Positions 26,021-38,912 of a stretch of 64,000 nucleotides of DNA are shown here, piece by piece. Below the pieces are notes generated by a model. It saw only the letters and a program-made list of their open reading frames with translations. It was not told the origin of the DNA and searched no databases. Origin of the DNA: Hydrolagus colliei (Eukaryota); NCBI GenBank assembly GCA_035084275.1, contig CM068754.1, positions 9,052,001-9,116,000 of the forward strand. Direction: 5' to 3'. Positions within the stretch are counted from its first letter, which is position 1; each line of letters begins with the position of its first letter. The position numbers and the translations under genes were made by a program.

Positions 26021-27617
26021 TATAATTGATTTCCATTTATTGTATAACTCTACATTAGTAAAGAGGATTCTTCAAATAACATTGTAGGAACAAAAGATGA
26101 AAATGATCGCTTTTTACTAGATATGTTGTAAATACATCACTGACTCATTCAGGGATTAATAACTTTATCCTCATTGCCTGAAGATCTCATTTGTGCTAAA
26201 TCCCTGACAGGAACACAATCCCTATTAGAAATCCCCAAACAGATCAATAGTGTGTATTTTCAAGTGTTCAGCAGAAAGCTGCAAACTGCGCAAAATATTT
26301 TCATTTAAAATAATTCTTATCTGCAAACAAATACTTTTTCAATATGTAGTGTTGCTTTAACAGGTTGGAAACTTGTGAAAATCATAACGTAGGTTATTCA
26401 AACTGAAAAGCAAAGGAATACAAAATAATTTTCTTCACGAGCAGTTTAATGGTTCCTTTTAAAAATAGATTTCCGCCATGAAGTCGTAAAACCTGTCCAG
26501 ATTTGTTGATACAAGGCTGTCATTAAACTTTCCCAAGTTTTTGAAGTTGTGAGAAGGCCTCCTTTTGTGCAATTGTTCAACAGAAGAACAGGCAACACTG
26601 TTTGCATTTACATCTGATGCTTAATATTTCCTGTCAGACCATTAAAATTAAAACACAAACGAGACATATCCGGAACAGCTGAAATTCAGTTTGGTGATTT
26701 GGTTCAGGCCAAATTGGGGCAAACTCAATGAACCCATGGTACACACTTCAAACCCGTACATGCACATCATTCTATCTGTGTTCAATATGACCTTGGACTG
26801 CATGATACAAAATCCAATTATTAGCACATATCACCAGAGTTCGGTAAATTGAATGATAAGCGCATAAATAAACCCCTCTTGGTTCCATGTAAAATTCCAC
26901 TGCCACTTTGCATGCGGTTGTAACTCGGCTGCCCAATGAATTGGTTGCCACTGTGTAGCGATTCATCAATTTTAGGTCTAGTTTCTTCATTCTCCTCTGA
27001 CACAACCTCTTCATTGTATTTTTGTGTCTGCTGTTGCTTCTTTACCCCTTGGTTTTCATTGCTGTCAATGTCATCCTTCCCTTTGTTGGACAACTGAGAG
27101 TCCAGGGCTAGCCTTGGCTGACTACTTTATCAAAAGGTTCACACTCTCTATGTCTGGAAGCCGAGGCAGCTAGGTCAAATTTATCGCAACCTGTGATGGG
27201 GAAAATCTTCTGGACTCATTCCATGACAGTGCACTGAGCCACCCGCTCAGCCATTGTTTCCAGTTTAAATAGGCCGCAATCTTTTATGCTGCTTTTGCCT
27301 TCACTCGCGGTCTCTGGAGGCAGCCTCCACTGTGCCAGCAGTGCTGTGAAGTAAACGAACTGCTGCCCCTTGGAGACTGTGGGCCCCACCTAAATGGTTG
27401 GCTTCAGGTTTCAGACGCCAATGTAAACCCAGATGTTAAAGGAAACAACATTCCTGGCCACGAGTGGCTGAGATCCTCTGCCACCCTTGCCGAGTAAACT
27501 TCAGTAATAGGGAAGAAAATTTGTGGGGGTAAAAAGCTTCTGCAATATTTCTGGGTTACACACAATAGGCACTTATTCACTATTGGGAGGTAAAAGCAGG
27601 TGGAGCCAAGTGCAATA

Positions 27618-27868
27618 TCATTTGGATGAGGTGTTAAACTTCAGTTCCGTTCAGACAAACGTTAAAGATCCCAAATGCGAAGAGTGTCTCCTGGTATCCT
27701 AGCCAACAATCTCATTCACTTCATGACTGATTATAGGACATTTGGGGGTATAAATTGGCTGCCATATCTGCTCACAAAATATAGTCACAACGCTTTACAA
27801 TAAATCCTGTGAAGCACTTCAAAATATCCTCCTGACGTGAAAGGTGCAAAATGAAATGCATAGGTTGT
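27618..27868 (+). mobile_element. Old DeuSINE fragment
   Basis: ggatgaggtgttaaac...gttaaagatccca...ctcctggtatcctagccaaca...aaattggctgcc...atcctcctgacgtgaaagg. Confidence 0.75.
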
Positions 27869-28325
27869 ATTCTGACATGTCTATCTCCTATATACGCAAA
27901 CCCTTGAATCTATTCTTGAGCTGGAGGGAATTTATACTGGAGATGATGTTGATTATGATAAATGAGTTGCGGTTAATACAGCTCATTTATTTTACATGTG
28001 TGAACATTTATAAAAAATGTTGCTTTGTGTAGGTCCCTGGAGCTATTGACTCTCCATGCCCCTCAAAAACGCATAACCTGTACAACTGTCATACAGAGAT
28101 CCGAAAACATCAAAGTCACCTCAGGCATGCCTTTCACAAACATGGCATGGGGTCCAGATGTTTTAGATTAAGTTGCCCTTGACAACCACGTTGGCCATTT
28201 TGCACAGCTTTCCACCATCCATGAATATTTCTGGATCAGCAAATTGTGGTCTCCGGCCTCGCATCAGGACTTCTGTTGCTTATCTATGCTCCCAGGCAGT
28301 GCAACGTTGAGGGTGCAAGGCAATC

Positions 28326-28559
28326 CTGGGAGTGCTGTCATTTAGACAAACCGAGATTTACCTGCCTGCCTTGGTTGTTCAGTTGGTTATTAAATATCAC
28401 GTGGCATTAATTTGAAGAAGAGGACTACAATTTCCCTGTGACATAGCCAATCATTCTCATCCAAATTCACTGGGATGGTGCTGGCACGGATGAGCTGTCA
28501 TTACTTGCCTATGGAGAACAGACACCAGCATAGTATATCAATTGCAAGCATTATTATTA
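28326..28559 (+). mobile_element. Old DeuSINE fragment
   Basis: gggagtgctg...aaaccgag...gtggcattaatttgaagaagag...agccaatc, tail tatcaattgcaagcattattatta. Confidence 0.55.
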
Positions 28560-29330
28560 ATGGTTTTGTAACCAACTGGACGGAAACTACAAATCTCAAG
28601 AGTTCAGTGGGCGCATTGCACATATCTACGGTCAAGTATTTTCTCATTGTTGAATCCTCCTTTAATTGGAAGTATTGTTCAAATGATAAATGCAATTAAT
28701 TCAGGATGTCTTTACACAACAAGTGACAGGCTTGGCATTACATAAGGTACCCAGAAATAAAATGGGCAGAGCACCAGCAGATGGTTTGGGTGGGCGCAGG
28801 GGGTTAGGATTTGATGAGTTTTTGTTTGTATATTTTTAATATTTTTAAAGACAACTTCATCATAACATCGGGATCTAATGTGGTATATTCATTATTTTGC
28901 CTTCCAACTTTTTCTCAAGCTTTTGCTGGCATTCGAAAATGGTAATTCAGATTTTGCAAATGCGACAAATGAAATGGCTTTTTATGAGGTGAAAACTCTT
29001 GAATTAGCACATCCAACTCGGTACAGGATTTTCACAAAATATGATAGCATTGCCTTTATCACTGGCTAGGGACAGCATTGGTATAGTTTGATTCAACTGC
29101 CAAATCACCCTGAGTGAGATATTTCACTTACTGCTGGGTATATGTGGTGTAACTGCATCCATTTAGAATGGGACTTCCCTTGGGGATAAGATAAACTTTT
29201 AGTGTGGCTGTAAGCACTATGTGCTGAATATTTATCCTTAGATGTATCCTGAGAACAGTTCCTGAGAGTAATCTATGTTTTTAATCGGGATTGGTTCAAG
29301 AAATATTCCTATCTAGAGTTTCTAAACAAC

Positions 29331-29488
29331 TGGTCACTCAACACACAACTGTTTGTGGGACACTGATTGGCTGCTGCGTTTTGCCCAAACAATATACAGT
29401 CAATTAACTTTACAGTATATTCTGTGAAGCGCTTTGAGACATCTCAAAGATATGATAAGCTGTTTTATCAAATGCAAGAATTATTATT
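29331..29488 (+). mobile_element. SINE 3' half ((ATT)n family)
   Basis: tgtttgtgggacactgattggctgctgcg...tatattctgtgaagcgctttgagacatc...atcaaatgcaagaattattatt. Confidence 0.85.
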
Positions 29489-31557
29489 TCTTCGTGGCAT
29501 TATGTACCATCTATTTCATCTGTCAAATAATAGAATGGAATCAGTATTAATCCCCTAATTACAGATAGATACAGAGTCTCTCATGTTGCCAATATAGATT
29601 GGCAAATGTAATCGATAGGGAGTGAAGAAATTAGAAATATCCCAGGCAGTTGAATCAGTTGAGCAACAGATGTGGCGTGAGTCCTGGTGGATCCACTCAG
29701 CCATTCAAGGTTGATGAAAAAAATTAGCAACCTTTTCCTTATTGGGAAACGTACGTGGGAACTCTCTTGGGTTTAACTGAATTTAGATCCATTAACATTC
29801 AAGATTTGCAATAATCCAAGGCATTATTGATGGTTTACCAGGTTAGTTGGCTCATCGCTGGGAGAGAGTAGGAGTTGTGAGTGAGCCAAAAGCCCTCCAG
29901 ACTGCTGTGGAAGTACTGAAACTTTGATTAATATAATTTGCTGCATTATTTATGAGCAAAGTCAAATGAATCGACAGTCTCCTTCTGTGGGAGGCGCTTG
30001 GGGGTGTGGGTGCTGCAACTTCAGTGATTTTATTAAGAAAACATTTGGGGAGGTGTTGGGAACCTGTAAGCTATTAGCGATAATACAAAGAACTGGAGAA
30101 ATTCCAAAAGGATTCCCTCCAGTCCATCTGCTCCACTGTACAGCTGCTGAAATGGATCAATAAACACTCCATTATGTTCTCTGTAAATAAGACTGGAGGA
30201 CAAAAACATTAGCTTTACACTAAGAAAGAAGTATACCTGGGTCTTGGGCATTTATCACTCCAGGTACTTAAGACTGCTTCAACATTTCACTTTCAGTATT
30301 GTGCATTTGAGCTAAATATATTTTGAAAGTTTACTAAAGTGTACATCTAACAGTGTATATTTTTCAAATAAAAGATTATTTTTTCTGTGTGGCGGCATTT
30401 AAACGGTTCAAGAGCAATTTTAACAGAATCCTCTGATGTCTACCTTAAGCCCCAACTACCGCTGAGGTTTCTGAGAATGGGGCTACACCTGCTGGGGTTC
30501 AGGATTTGTTTTCCCTGATGCAGGTGTTAGTGACTGGCAACAGCTGAAAATGTGTGAAACGTTATTTTAAAGCTGGTGCTTCAATGCTCTTTTCACGTTT
30601 GATATCACAAAGAGTCTGTTTTGGAGAGGACCAAACCAGATCAGAATATTTGGGGAGTTCTGAGGATCAGTTCTCTGTTCTATATCAAACCCGAGGTTTG
30701 AAGGAAAATTGAGGAGGAAGAGATCGCTAATAATTACCTGAAAAAAGGTACTATTATACCACGTATACCACTATTCTCTCAGTGGCAAGCTATACAGTTT
30801 TAGGGGCACACAAATGTGGAAACTGATTGGTTTTGGATACTCTTAAGTATGGCAACAATAACTTGCATTTATATAGCAGTCCTCATACAAGGTAGCGTCC
30901 CAGCACATTTGCTGATGGGTTTCTGTATGTATTGGATACCGTTTAGAGCACGAATCGTGTATGAGGTATTTCAAATGAATTCAGCTCTCTTCAATAAGTG
31001 AATGTGGCTAGCTCTAGATTCATGCTGCTAATTAAGGATCACTCTTCACTGTCCTCTTCACTCTTCTCCCTTCTAGGCAGCCACACAGAGAATCTGATCT
31101 CTATTTATTTTAAGTTTCTTAAATAATCGAAGCTAAATGTTGTAATACAGTTATTCAGGGAGAGAAAAAGAATGCACTTGTGTCCATATACATAAAAGAG
31201 CTGCTGGAAACACAATCAGTTGCCTGGTTTAAATTCAACCTGACCTATTGTGCAAGTAATCTCATTTTCAGAATCTCAAAGCACAAAGAGCATTTCCATA
31301 AAAGGATAAATGAAGGCCGCTTTGTACAACATTTTTTACAATAGTTCTGATGCTGCTCTTGGTGATATCTTAAGGTGAATAATGTGCTTCCTGGCATGCT
31401 TGCCCCACAGCCTTTTGGCCTCTCCTGAACAAATGATCAAGTAATTATTTCAGTCCTGAATACTGCATTTGACAAGACAAAAGTAGAACAAAGTTTTAAC
31501 CTGCTTTACAATGCATGTAGAGAATGTATCTCCTACATGTATGCTGGATTTAGTTTG

Positions 31558-31632
31558 ATAATAATAATAATCATCCTTGCATTTGATGTAGCGATTTTTA
31601 CGTCTTGCAGACGTCTCAAAGTGCTTCACGGA
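31558..31632 (-). mobile_element. SINE 3' tail fragment
   Basis: (ata)n atccttgcatttgatgtagcg...gacgtctcaaagtgcttcac. Confidence 0.8.
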
Positions 31633-32374
31633 GAAATTTGAAAACTGTTCAAACATGTATTGCAATATCTTCCTTTGAATTAATCTACAAGGAATTACTT
31701 ATTTTTTCGCTGAAGAAAGCGCAAGATGAGAAAATGTGAGTCTTGCAGAACAGCATTTCTCACAGTTCAGTTCAATGCTTGAGGAGTAACTGCACAGTGG
31801 GGTAGGCAGCTTTGACATTCACTGATGAAATAAATTCCTGGGCTTCAAAACTTACCACCTTATCAACCACAAGCTACATGTAGCCCCCAGATAAGAACTC
31901 TCAAACTTGCATTCAATGTGATCATTTCCAGCCATAATGTTACATTGTTGTAAGTATCTCAGGTCTGCGGTAGCCTGCACTTGACAAAATGCTTCATTCG
32001 TTCCTGCTTGGTACAACCTTTTGCTTTTTTAACAATGCCTGTCAATGTACAAATGAGACATCAGCGCTGACAGTCAAACTTGGACTATTCATAATACACA
32101 AGGTATGGAAGAAAGCATGAGTGTGGAGAGACAGAGTGGACACTAGATCACTGTTAGACACAGAATGGACATCACTGTAATGCAGGTTGGATGTTTGTTT
32201 TGGGGTATGCACCAATAGGTGTAACTGTACACTCCAGAACACAATGCAGTAAAACTATTACACAGCACAGTTCACTTTGTGTTAAGAAATCATAGCAATA
32301 TTTTCTCGGGAGTTGTAGAATTTTGTTACAGTTCATGTACCTGTAACACCCTAACAATTATAATGATCCTTGCA

Positions 32375-33429
32375 TTGGCAGGATGTAACTAGTGGAGTGC
32401 CACAAGGATCAGTGCTTAGGCCTCAGCTATCTACTGTTTACATCAATGATCTGGACAAGGACATTGAATGTAATGTGTCTAAATTCGCGGATGACACTAA
32501 ACTAGGTAGCAGAGTGAGCTCTGAGAATGATGCAAAAAGATTGCAATAAGATATAGATAGGCTAGGGGAGTGGGCAAGTAGGTGGCAGATGGAATTCAAT
32601 GTTAGCAAGTGTGAAATTATTCACCTAGGTAGCAAGAATAAAAGAATAGATTATTTTCTAGAGGGGGAGAAGTTAGATAGTGTTAGTATTCAAAGGGATT
32701 TGGGTGTCCTTGTACACCAGTCCCAAAAAGATAGTTTGCTGGTGCAGCAAGCAACTAAGAAGGCGAACGGCATGCTAGCGTTCATTTCAAAAGGCTTAGA
32801 GTATAAGAGTAGGGCAGTCTTGCTGCAACTGTATAGGGCTCTGGTGAGACCGCATCTAGAGTATTGTGTGCAGTTTTGGTCTCCTTATTTAAAAAAGGAC
32901 ATACTTGCCTTAGAGGGGGTGCAGCGTAGATTCACTAGGTTAGTTCCTGGGATGAGGGGACTGACCTATAAGGATAGATTGAATAAACTAGGGCTGTATT
33001 CTCTAGAGTACAGAAGAATTAGGGGGGATCTTATTGAAACATATAAGATTCTTAAAGGGCTAGATAAAGTAGACACTGAGGGATTGTTTCCCATGGTAGG
33101 AGAATCTATAACCAGGGGTCACAGTCTTAAAATGAAGGGTCAGCCTTTTAGAACAGAGTTGAGGAAACATTTCTTCACTCAGAGGGTAGTGAATTTATGG
33201 AATTTATGGAATTCACTACCCCAGAAAGCTGTAGATGTTCAGTCCTTGAACATTTTCAAGGCTGAGACTGATAGATTTTTGAAAAATAGAGGGATTAGGG
33301 GATATGGGGATAGGGCAGGTAATCAGAGTTAGGTGAGAAGATCAGCCATGATCTTATTGAATGGCGGAGCAGGCTCGAAGGGCCGAATGGCCTACTCCTG
33401 TTCCTAATTCTTATGTTCTTATGTTCTTA
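32375..33429 (+). mobile_element. 5'-truncated CR1-clade LINE (HER1-like), ~1.05 kb
   Basis: RT motifs SGVPQGSVL, YINDLD and KFADDTK, then RPHLEYCVQFWSP and FFTQRVVNLWNSLP. 3' UTR gatcagccatgatcttattgaatggcggagcaggctcgaagggccgaatggcctactcc followed by a (TTCTTATG)n tail. Confidence 0.95.
32376..33332 (+). pseudogene. CR1 ORF2 reverse-transcriptase C-terminal remnant
   Basis: Frame is continuous with ORF 32589-33332. In-frame TAA at 32547-32549 and a 9-bp duplication giving NLWNLWNS. No endonuclease or N-terminal RT region. Confidence 0.9.
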
Positions 33430-33558
33430 TTTGCTATAGCACTTTATCACGTCTTCGAGATATCTCAAGCTGCTTCACCGAAAATACTGTAAATTGAATT
33501 GACTGTATATATTTTGAGCTCACGAAACACCCCTTAAAAGTGTTCTATGCCCCCTGTT

Positions 33559-33680
33559 AGGTAATGGGGAGAAAGCTGGGCAGTGGGATTGAGTTGCTCT
33601 GTTCAAAGAACCGGCACAGACTAGATGGGTTGAATGACCTCCTTTTGTGCCGTATAATTCTATAATTCTTTGATTCTATG
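33559..33680 (+). mobile_element. CR1 3' UTR fragment (second CR1 family)
   Basis: ggggagaaagctgggcagtgggattgagttgctctgttcaaagaaccggcacagactagatgggttgaatgacctcctt...(attcta/ttgattct) tail. Confidence 0.8.
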
Positions 33681-33996
33681 AATGTACCTGCAGAAATGGT
33701 GCAATCATTTGACTGCTCAAGAGGTTTGGTTCATTTTTTTTTTATTGAATGGGGAGCAAAACCTACCATTACTGGAAAAATAACAGAGCGTTACCTGTAC
33801 TTTCAATCTGAAAATATCTGATAGAACTACAATCTACTGTTAATGTTTCACAGACGCTAATTTCAGAGTAGCTTTTTTGTGAAAAAAATCTTAGCCTGGT
33901 TCAATTTAATATTTGATTTGGAAAATTTAGTGAGTGTCAGTAAGCCAATTAGATAAGAGGGCACAGGTTCTCCTTAACATTCTATGCTTTGCATTA

Positions 33997-34090
33997 ATCA
34001 TAGAATCATTGAGTCTGTACCTGCTCTTTGAAAAGAGCTGTTCATTAAGTCAATCCCAATTCCCCGGCTCTCCCCATAACCCCGCAAACC
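33997..34090 (-). mobile_element. CR1 3' UTR fragment (same family as 33559)
   Basis: atcatagaatc...ctgctctttgaaaagagc...tcccaattccccggctctccccataaccc. Confidence 0.7.
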
Positions 34091-34660
34091 GCATTAGGTT
34101 GAAATCCAACTTTTACAACTGAACCTACAACAATTACACATTCTGTTCTCCTGACTTCTCAAAATTGGGATATCATGAAGAAAGTGTTGTGGAGATAATG
34201 GTAAATCCTGTGAAATATATAAACAATATATATGTTTATAAACAATATATATATTTATTTAAATAAACATATTTATAAACAATTGAGAAATTGAACGGTT
34301 TTGCGATCTGGAGATTAAATTCATTGGACATAAACAGTATCATGAATATTCTGGTCGACTGCAGGAAGTTCAAAAGCTTCACTGAACTGAAGTAGGATGA
34401 TAAGCAAATGGAACAGAATGTGCACCAGTGATACCATTTATAATGTATTTAAGGACTGCTGTGCAATCATTTTTCAGGCTGATGTATTGTATACCTGATC
34501 ATTTGTCCTGACTCTATAATTTCTTTGCAACTTTCAGATTTGGCATATGTTCCATGAATTAACGGCGCTGCGCAATTCCAGACCAGCACATTCATTCTAT
34601 CCGACATTCAGAAGAAAGCTATCCTTGTAGGAAGTCAATGGCAAATGTACATAGGACATG

Positions 34661-34857
34661 TCAATCAATCAATCAATCAATCAAAGCTTACATTTACACA
34701 GCGCCTTTCACGTCAAGAGGACATCCCAAGGTGCTGTACAGTTAGGTAGGGACAAGAGCAGGGGGGCAGGGGTCAGGGTCAGGGTGAAGAAGAGTAGGAA
34801 AATTGACTGTATATTTGTGGGCGAAACACGACAGCCAAATTGCGCACAGCAGTGTCA
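34661..34857 (-). mobile_element. L2 3' end with (TGAT)n tail abutting a SINE body fragment (34800-34857)
   Basis: (tcaa)n agcttacatttacacagcgcctttcacgtc...cccaaggtgctg, then aattgactgtatatttgtgggcgaaacacgacagccaaattgcgcacagc. Confidence 0.75.
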
Positions 34858-34916
34858 ATGCATCTTCATTGATAGAAGCACCGGTTGAGGAGAATGTTTT
34901 TCTTTCACTCTTTTTT

Positions 34917-34970
34917 CAGCGCCTTGGGACGTCCTCCCAACGTAAAAGGCGCTCTATAAATGTAATTTTG
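34917..34970 (+). mobile_element. Minimal L2-type stem-loop insertion
   Basis: cagcgccttgggacgtcctcccaacgtaaaaggcgctctataaatgtaattttg. Confidence 0.8.
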
Positions 34971-35699
34971 GTGACCCTTTGGTTAGAGAGTCAGTTTGGT
35001 CCCTCTCCTTACTATTATCCATAGCATCTCACACAAGTGCTCACTTGACGGATGTATATGTGCATGGAGTATTTTCCAGGGTTGTCGTCTTGAATTCAGG
35101 AAGAAAATTTATTTTCCCTTTAGAATAGTACAATTTGTATCCTCGCCAGCTTCATCCAGGAACACAATTGCATTGCAAACAGCGTGAAAGAGAATTAGGG
35201 AAATATAACAGCCCTGAAAATTGAGCAACAGCTGAGACCTTTGAATCATAGTTGAGTGAGCCTCTGTACGTACAGAGGATTGAATGTATAATTGAATATA
35301 TCCTTAATATTTCAAGCAAAGTATGAGTAGATTTCTCTCCAATGCCACAGAGAATTACTACTTTCCTTGGTAGTTAAACTTCATTTGAACCTTTATTCTT
35401 TCAAAGCGAAATGTATCCAGATCCACTAGCAACGTGACACTCTCTGGATCACTGATGGCAAAACAATCAGACTGCAGAACGAATGCACTCTATTACATTA
35501 CTAATCTGATTAAAGCCAGGCAGTGCCATCAATGCAAAATGAACAATCAACATTAATCACTTTTGTGGTTGTTCAGGCCTCTTAACTTGAACCTTCATGT
35601 TATTTATTGCAACGGGTGCAGAAGCAAATGTTGTTTCATTGCATAATATAGGCCCAGGACATGATGTCTAGTTTATCACTTATTTGCCCATTCAGTTGA

Positions 35700-35790
35700 A
35701 ATAATAATAATCCTTGCATTTGATATAGCGCTTTTCACACCTTCTAGACATTTCAAAATACTTCACCAAATATACTGTAATGTGAATTAT
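35700..35790 (-). mobile_element. SINE 3' fragment
   Basis: (aat)n ccttgcatttgatatagcgcttttcac...tatactgtaatgtgaatt. Confidence 0.8.
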
Positions 35791-36120
35791 AATAATTGAC
35801 CTGTGGGCGAGTATACAGTTACCGTAGAGATCGGGCTGCTCCCAACAAATGCACAACTTGTAAACTTCCCTTCTCTCAATACCCAAATCTGTCGCATTGT
35901 TAGTGTCTTGATTTTATCATTTCAGATCACAATGTTATATAATTATTCTCTACTTATCTCCATCTGGTAACTTCCTAGAAAGATCTGCAGCTTGATTTTA
36001 ATCACAACATAATCCACAAAATCACAAATATCTCTGGGAGTTGGTAGTATCAGAAATTTGTTACACATTTATGGTGACTGAATTCTTGGAATTGTTTTTC
36101 AAAGGAGACCGATGTTTTAT

Positions 36121-36435
36121 AATATAAGAATAATCATCCTTGCATTTTTATATAGCGCTTTTCATGTTTTCTAGACGTCTCAAAGCACTTCACAGAATGT
36201 ACTGTAAAGTGAATTGACAGTATATTTGTGTGCGAAACGCGGCAGCCAATTGGCACACAGTAATGTCCCACAAACAGTCGTGCATTGAAATGACAATTTT
36301 ATTATTGTGTTTTATTTTGGAGGGATTATTATTAGGCATGTGGAGTAAAGAAACTTTCCCAAGGTTTCGCCCTGACCTGCCTGGATTCAAACACAGGTTG
36401 TAAAGCGAATGCTCTAAACACTGAGCTACAGGACT
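36121..36435 (-). mobile_element. Full-length tRNA-head SINE ((ATT)n family)
   Basis: Minus strand agtcctgtagctcagtgtttagagcattcgc (A-box), gtttgaatcc (B-box), complete body and tail. Confidence 0.9.
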
Positions 36436-36449
36436 TAGAATAATAATAA

Positions 36450-36798
36450 TTTATGATAACTCTTTTGTTTGATAATCCAATCACATCAGGAGGATGCCAC
36501 AAACTGTTTCACAGGATTGATTGCAAGATGTAGCAACTGTGTAGTTTGTAGGCGAATGAACCAACCAATTTGTGCAAAGCAACGCCCCCAAAAGAGTCAA
36601 GAGTAAATGGCTCATGTTATCTGGGTGAGGGGTTTGCTAAGCATTGGGAGAAACGGTTACACCTTCAACATTTTGCGCTTTCCCAGGCCAGTATTTGAGT
36701 GTCAGTCTAAACTGTCAGTTCAAAGTTTCAGCATGTGGTTTGAAGTTGAACCCACATCCTTCTGAGTGAGTGTGCTACCATCTGAGCCACGCTGAACC
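36450..36798 (-). mobile_element. SacSINE1-like DeuSINE, old, near full length
   Basis: Minus head tcagcgtggctcagatggtagcacactc...agaaggatgtgggttcaa, then agactgacactc, aaattggttgg, tail gcatcctcctgatgtga. Confidence 0.7.
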
Positions 36799-37394
36799 CC
36801 TTTTGTATATTTGAGGTATTAAATGATGTATACCAAAGAAGTGTCAACATATTATCACTCTAGATAAAATGGATAATTCATTAATATTTCAACCATAATT
36901 CATACCTAGCCAGTTCTGCTTACCACAATGTTGCTGATGTCTGTCAAAGTATCCTACGGGGGCATTGCTTTAATTTTATCTTAAGTCAGCAGTGAATACT
37001 TGTGTGAAACGTGACAGACTTTGGCAGCACCGCAGCAACATTTTTAATATCAACATATTTGCAACCCCTCCTGTAAACACCTTCTGTTGGCAGAATTTGA
37101 TGAGAATCTGAAAAAGTCAACAGATTTTCATAAAACCTTCAACATACACAAACAAAGAGGAAAGGATGGATTATCTTAAAATATCAAATGCTTCAATGTT
37201 TGCATGAGGATCTAACAGCGCTTTGTAGATGTCCTGAAACGGGAGTGTAGTTGTCTCTCTGAGGTGCGTTGAGCTCCTCAAACCTGCTCCGAGATTATGC
37301 CGCGAGAGGTGATTCATAATAAAAAAAAGCAGCTGGTTCTACAGGAGCTGAATTTAGGAGAATCCTATTTGAAGTCTGATTTCCCATTCACTGT

Positions 37395-37500
37395 AGTAAT
37401 AATCCTTGCAATTGATATAGTATCACTTTTTTCAGACATCTCAAAGCGCTTCACTGGATATACTGTAAATTGCTGTTCATTGTATTTTTTGTGGATGAAT
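37395..37500 (-). mobile_element. SINE 3' fragment
   Basis: aataatccttgcaattgatatag...gacatctcaaagcgcttcactggatatactgtaaa. Confidence 0.75.
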
Positions 37501-37621
37501 GCATACAGTGGAAATGACTTCATGAATGAAATGTCTTTGAGCCACCTGAAAGGGTTTCTCAGAATATACTGTAAATTGGTGTGACTCTATCTTGTGGATG
37601 AAGGCATTAAAACACGATAAT

Positions 37622-37799
37622 AAAAATTGGTCATTTCAATCCACGATTGTTTGTGGGACACTGCGGTGTGCAATTGGCTGCCGCGTTTCGCCCACAAACA
37701 TACAGTCAATTCATTTTACAGTATATTCTGTGAAGCGCTTTGAGACGTCAATAAGATGTGAAAAACGCTATATCAAAATGCAAGTAGTATTATTATTAT
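37622..37799 (+). mobile_element. SINE 3' half, low divergence
   Basis: tgtttgtgggacactgcggtgtgcaattggctgccgcgtttcgcccacaaac...gaagcgctttgagacgtc...tatcaaaatgcaag(tat)n. Confidence 0.9.
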
Positions 37800-38627
37800 A
37801 GAGCAGAAATGACTTCACGAATGACAAGTGACATGGTGTTCCATGTGTGTGAGAAGTTTGAAAACAATTACGGGAGTTACGTGTTACATCTGATGGAACC
37901 CAAATGCGTAAAACAGTTACAACTTTATTCCATGAGGCCTTGTACCCAAATAATTTGTAATGGAACCAAAATCAAGCAAAAAAAAAACATTTGACATCCC
38001 GAGTGCATGCGCAAGCAACCTCACCAAGGTGCAGAGGCAATGTAAAAGCAGCAGAGACTAGGAATGTTTGGCAATGCGAGGCTCTGGAAACCACAAGCTG
38101 AAAGCGGCACAAGTCTCAGTTTTATGTGGGGAAGATCTGAAGCATGCTGCACCACACAAAGCCTTTCAGAAAGTCTGGCATGTTACTAAAATAACTCAGG
38201 AAACCACACCAAAGAACAAACTTTCAACCTGCTTCATCCCAAGCCACCTCGTACAACCTATAAATAGTGTGTTCACTCCAAACAATGCAGTATCTATAAC
38301 AATAAATGCATTTGTTATATCAACTTATCGCATCAAACATCTAAGAACGATTAACACAATGAATTACTTTGAGGTATAGTGACTGTTACGTAGATAAATC
38401 CAGCTAAACTGTGGCTTATAACGACAATAAGCATTTCCTCCAAGATTGTTCCCTCAAATAAACCCTTTAATAAATAAAAGTTGTTTTGAGGAACCCATCC
38501 AAAAAAATGTTGCATTCATTCTGTGAGAAGGTCTCTACAGGCTCTCCACTGTCTATGCAGCTTTGCAGTGTGGTTCACAAAACATTTACCCACTCATTTT
38601 TTCTGAAAGGTGCTGGAAATCGCTAAA

Positions 38628-38912
38628 CCTCCGTATCGGGTCTGGCCTCCTCTATGTCCCCCGAATCCTCCGCTCCACCCTCGGCGGCTGTGCTTTCAGA
38701 CACTATGCCCCAAGGCTCTGGAACTCCCTTCCTCACTTCCTGCGCCTCTCCCCCTCTCTTCCCAGTTTCAGATCACAGTTAAAGACCTTTCTCTTCGATC
38801 ACTTCTTTGGTCACCTTTCTACCTCTGCCCCTGGCTCAGTCCCGGGATGCGCTCTGAGACGCCGGCTGGCATGGAGGGCGCTATGTAAATCAAAGTTGTT
38901 GTTGTTCTTGTT
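38628..38912 (+). mobile_element. L2 LINE 3' end (ORF2 C-terminus, stem-loop, (TTG)n)
   Basis: GLLYVPRILRSTLGGCAFRHYAPRLWNSLPHFLRLSPSLPSFRSQLKTFLF; tail gcgctctgagacg...gggcgctatgtaaatcaaagttgttgttg. Confidence 0.9.

Larger units (their letters stand above)
32357..33515 (-). mobile_element. SINE 3' fragment split by the CR1 insertion (pieces 32357-32376 and 33430-33515)
   Basis: ataatgatccttgcatt before the CR1 continues as tttgctatagcac...atctcaagctgcttcac...aattgactgtatata after the CR1 tail. Confidence 0.8.

Noticed and set aside
26772-27093. Minus-strand ORFs of 90 aa (MSNKGKDD...) and 80 aa (YTVATNSLGS, superficially like an Ig strand)
   Set aside because: Non-ATG start with an in-frame stop just upstream, not in the DACH splice phase, the Ig cysteine is missing, and I recognise no homolog.
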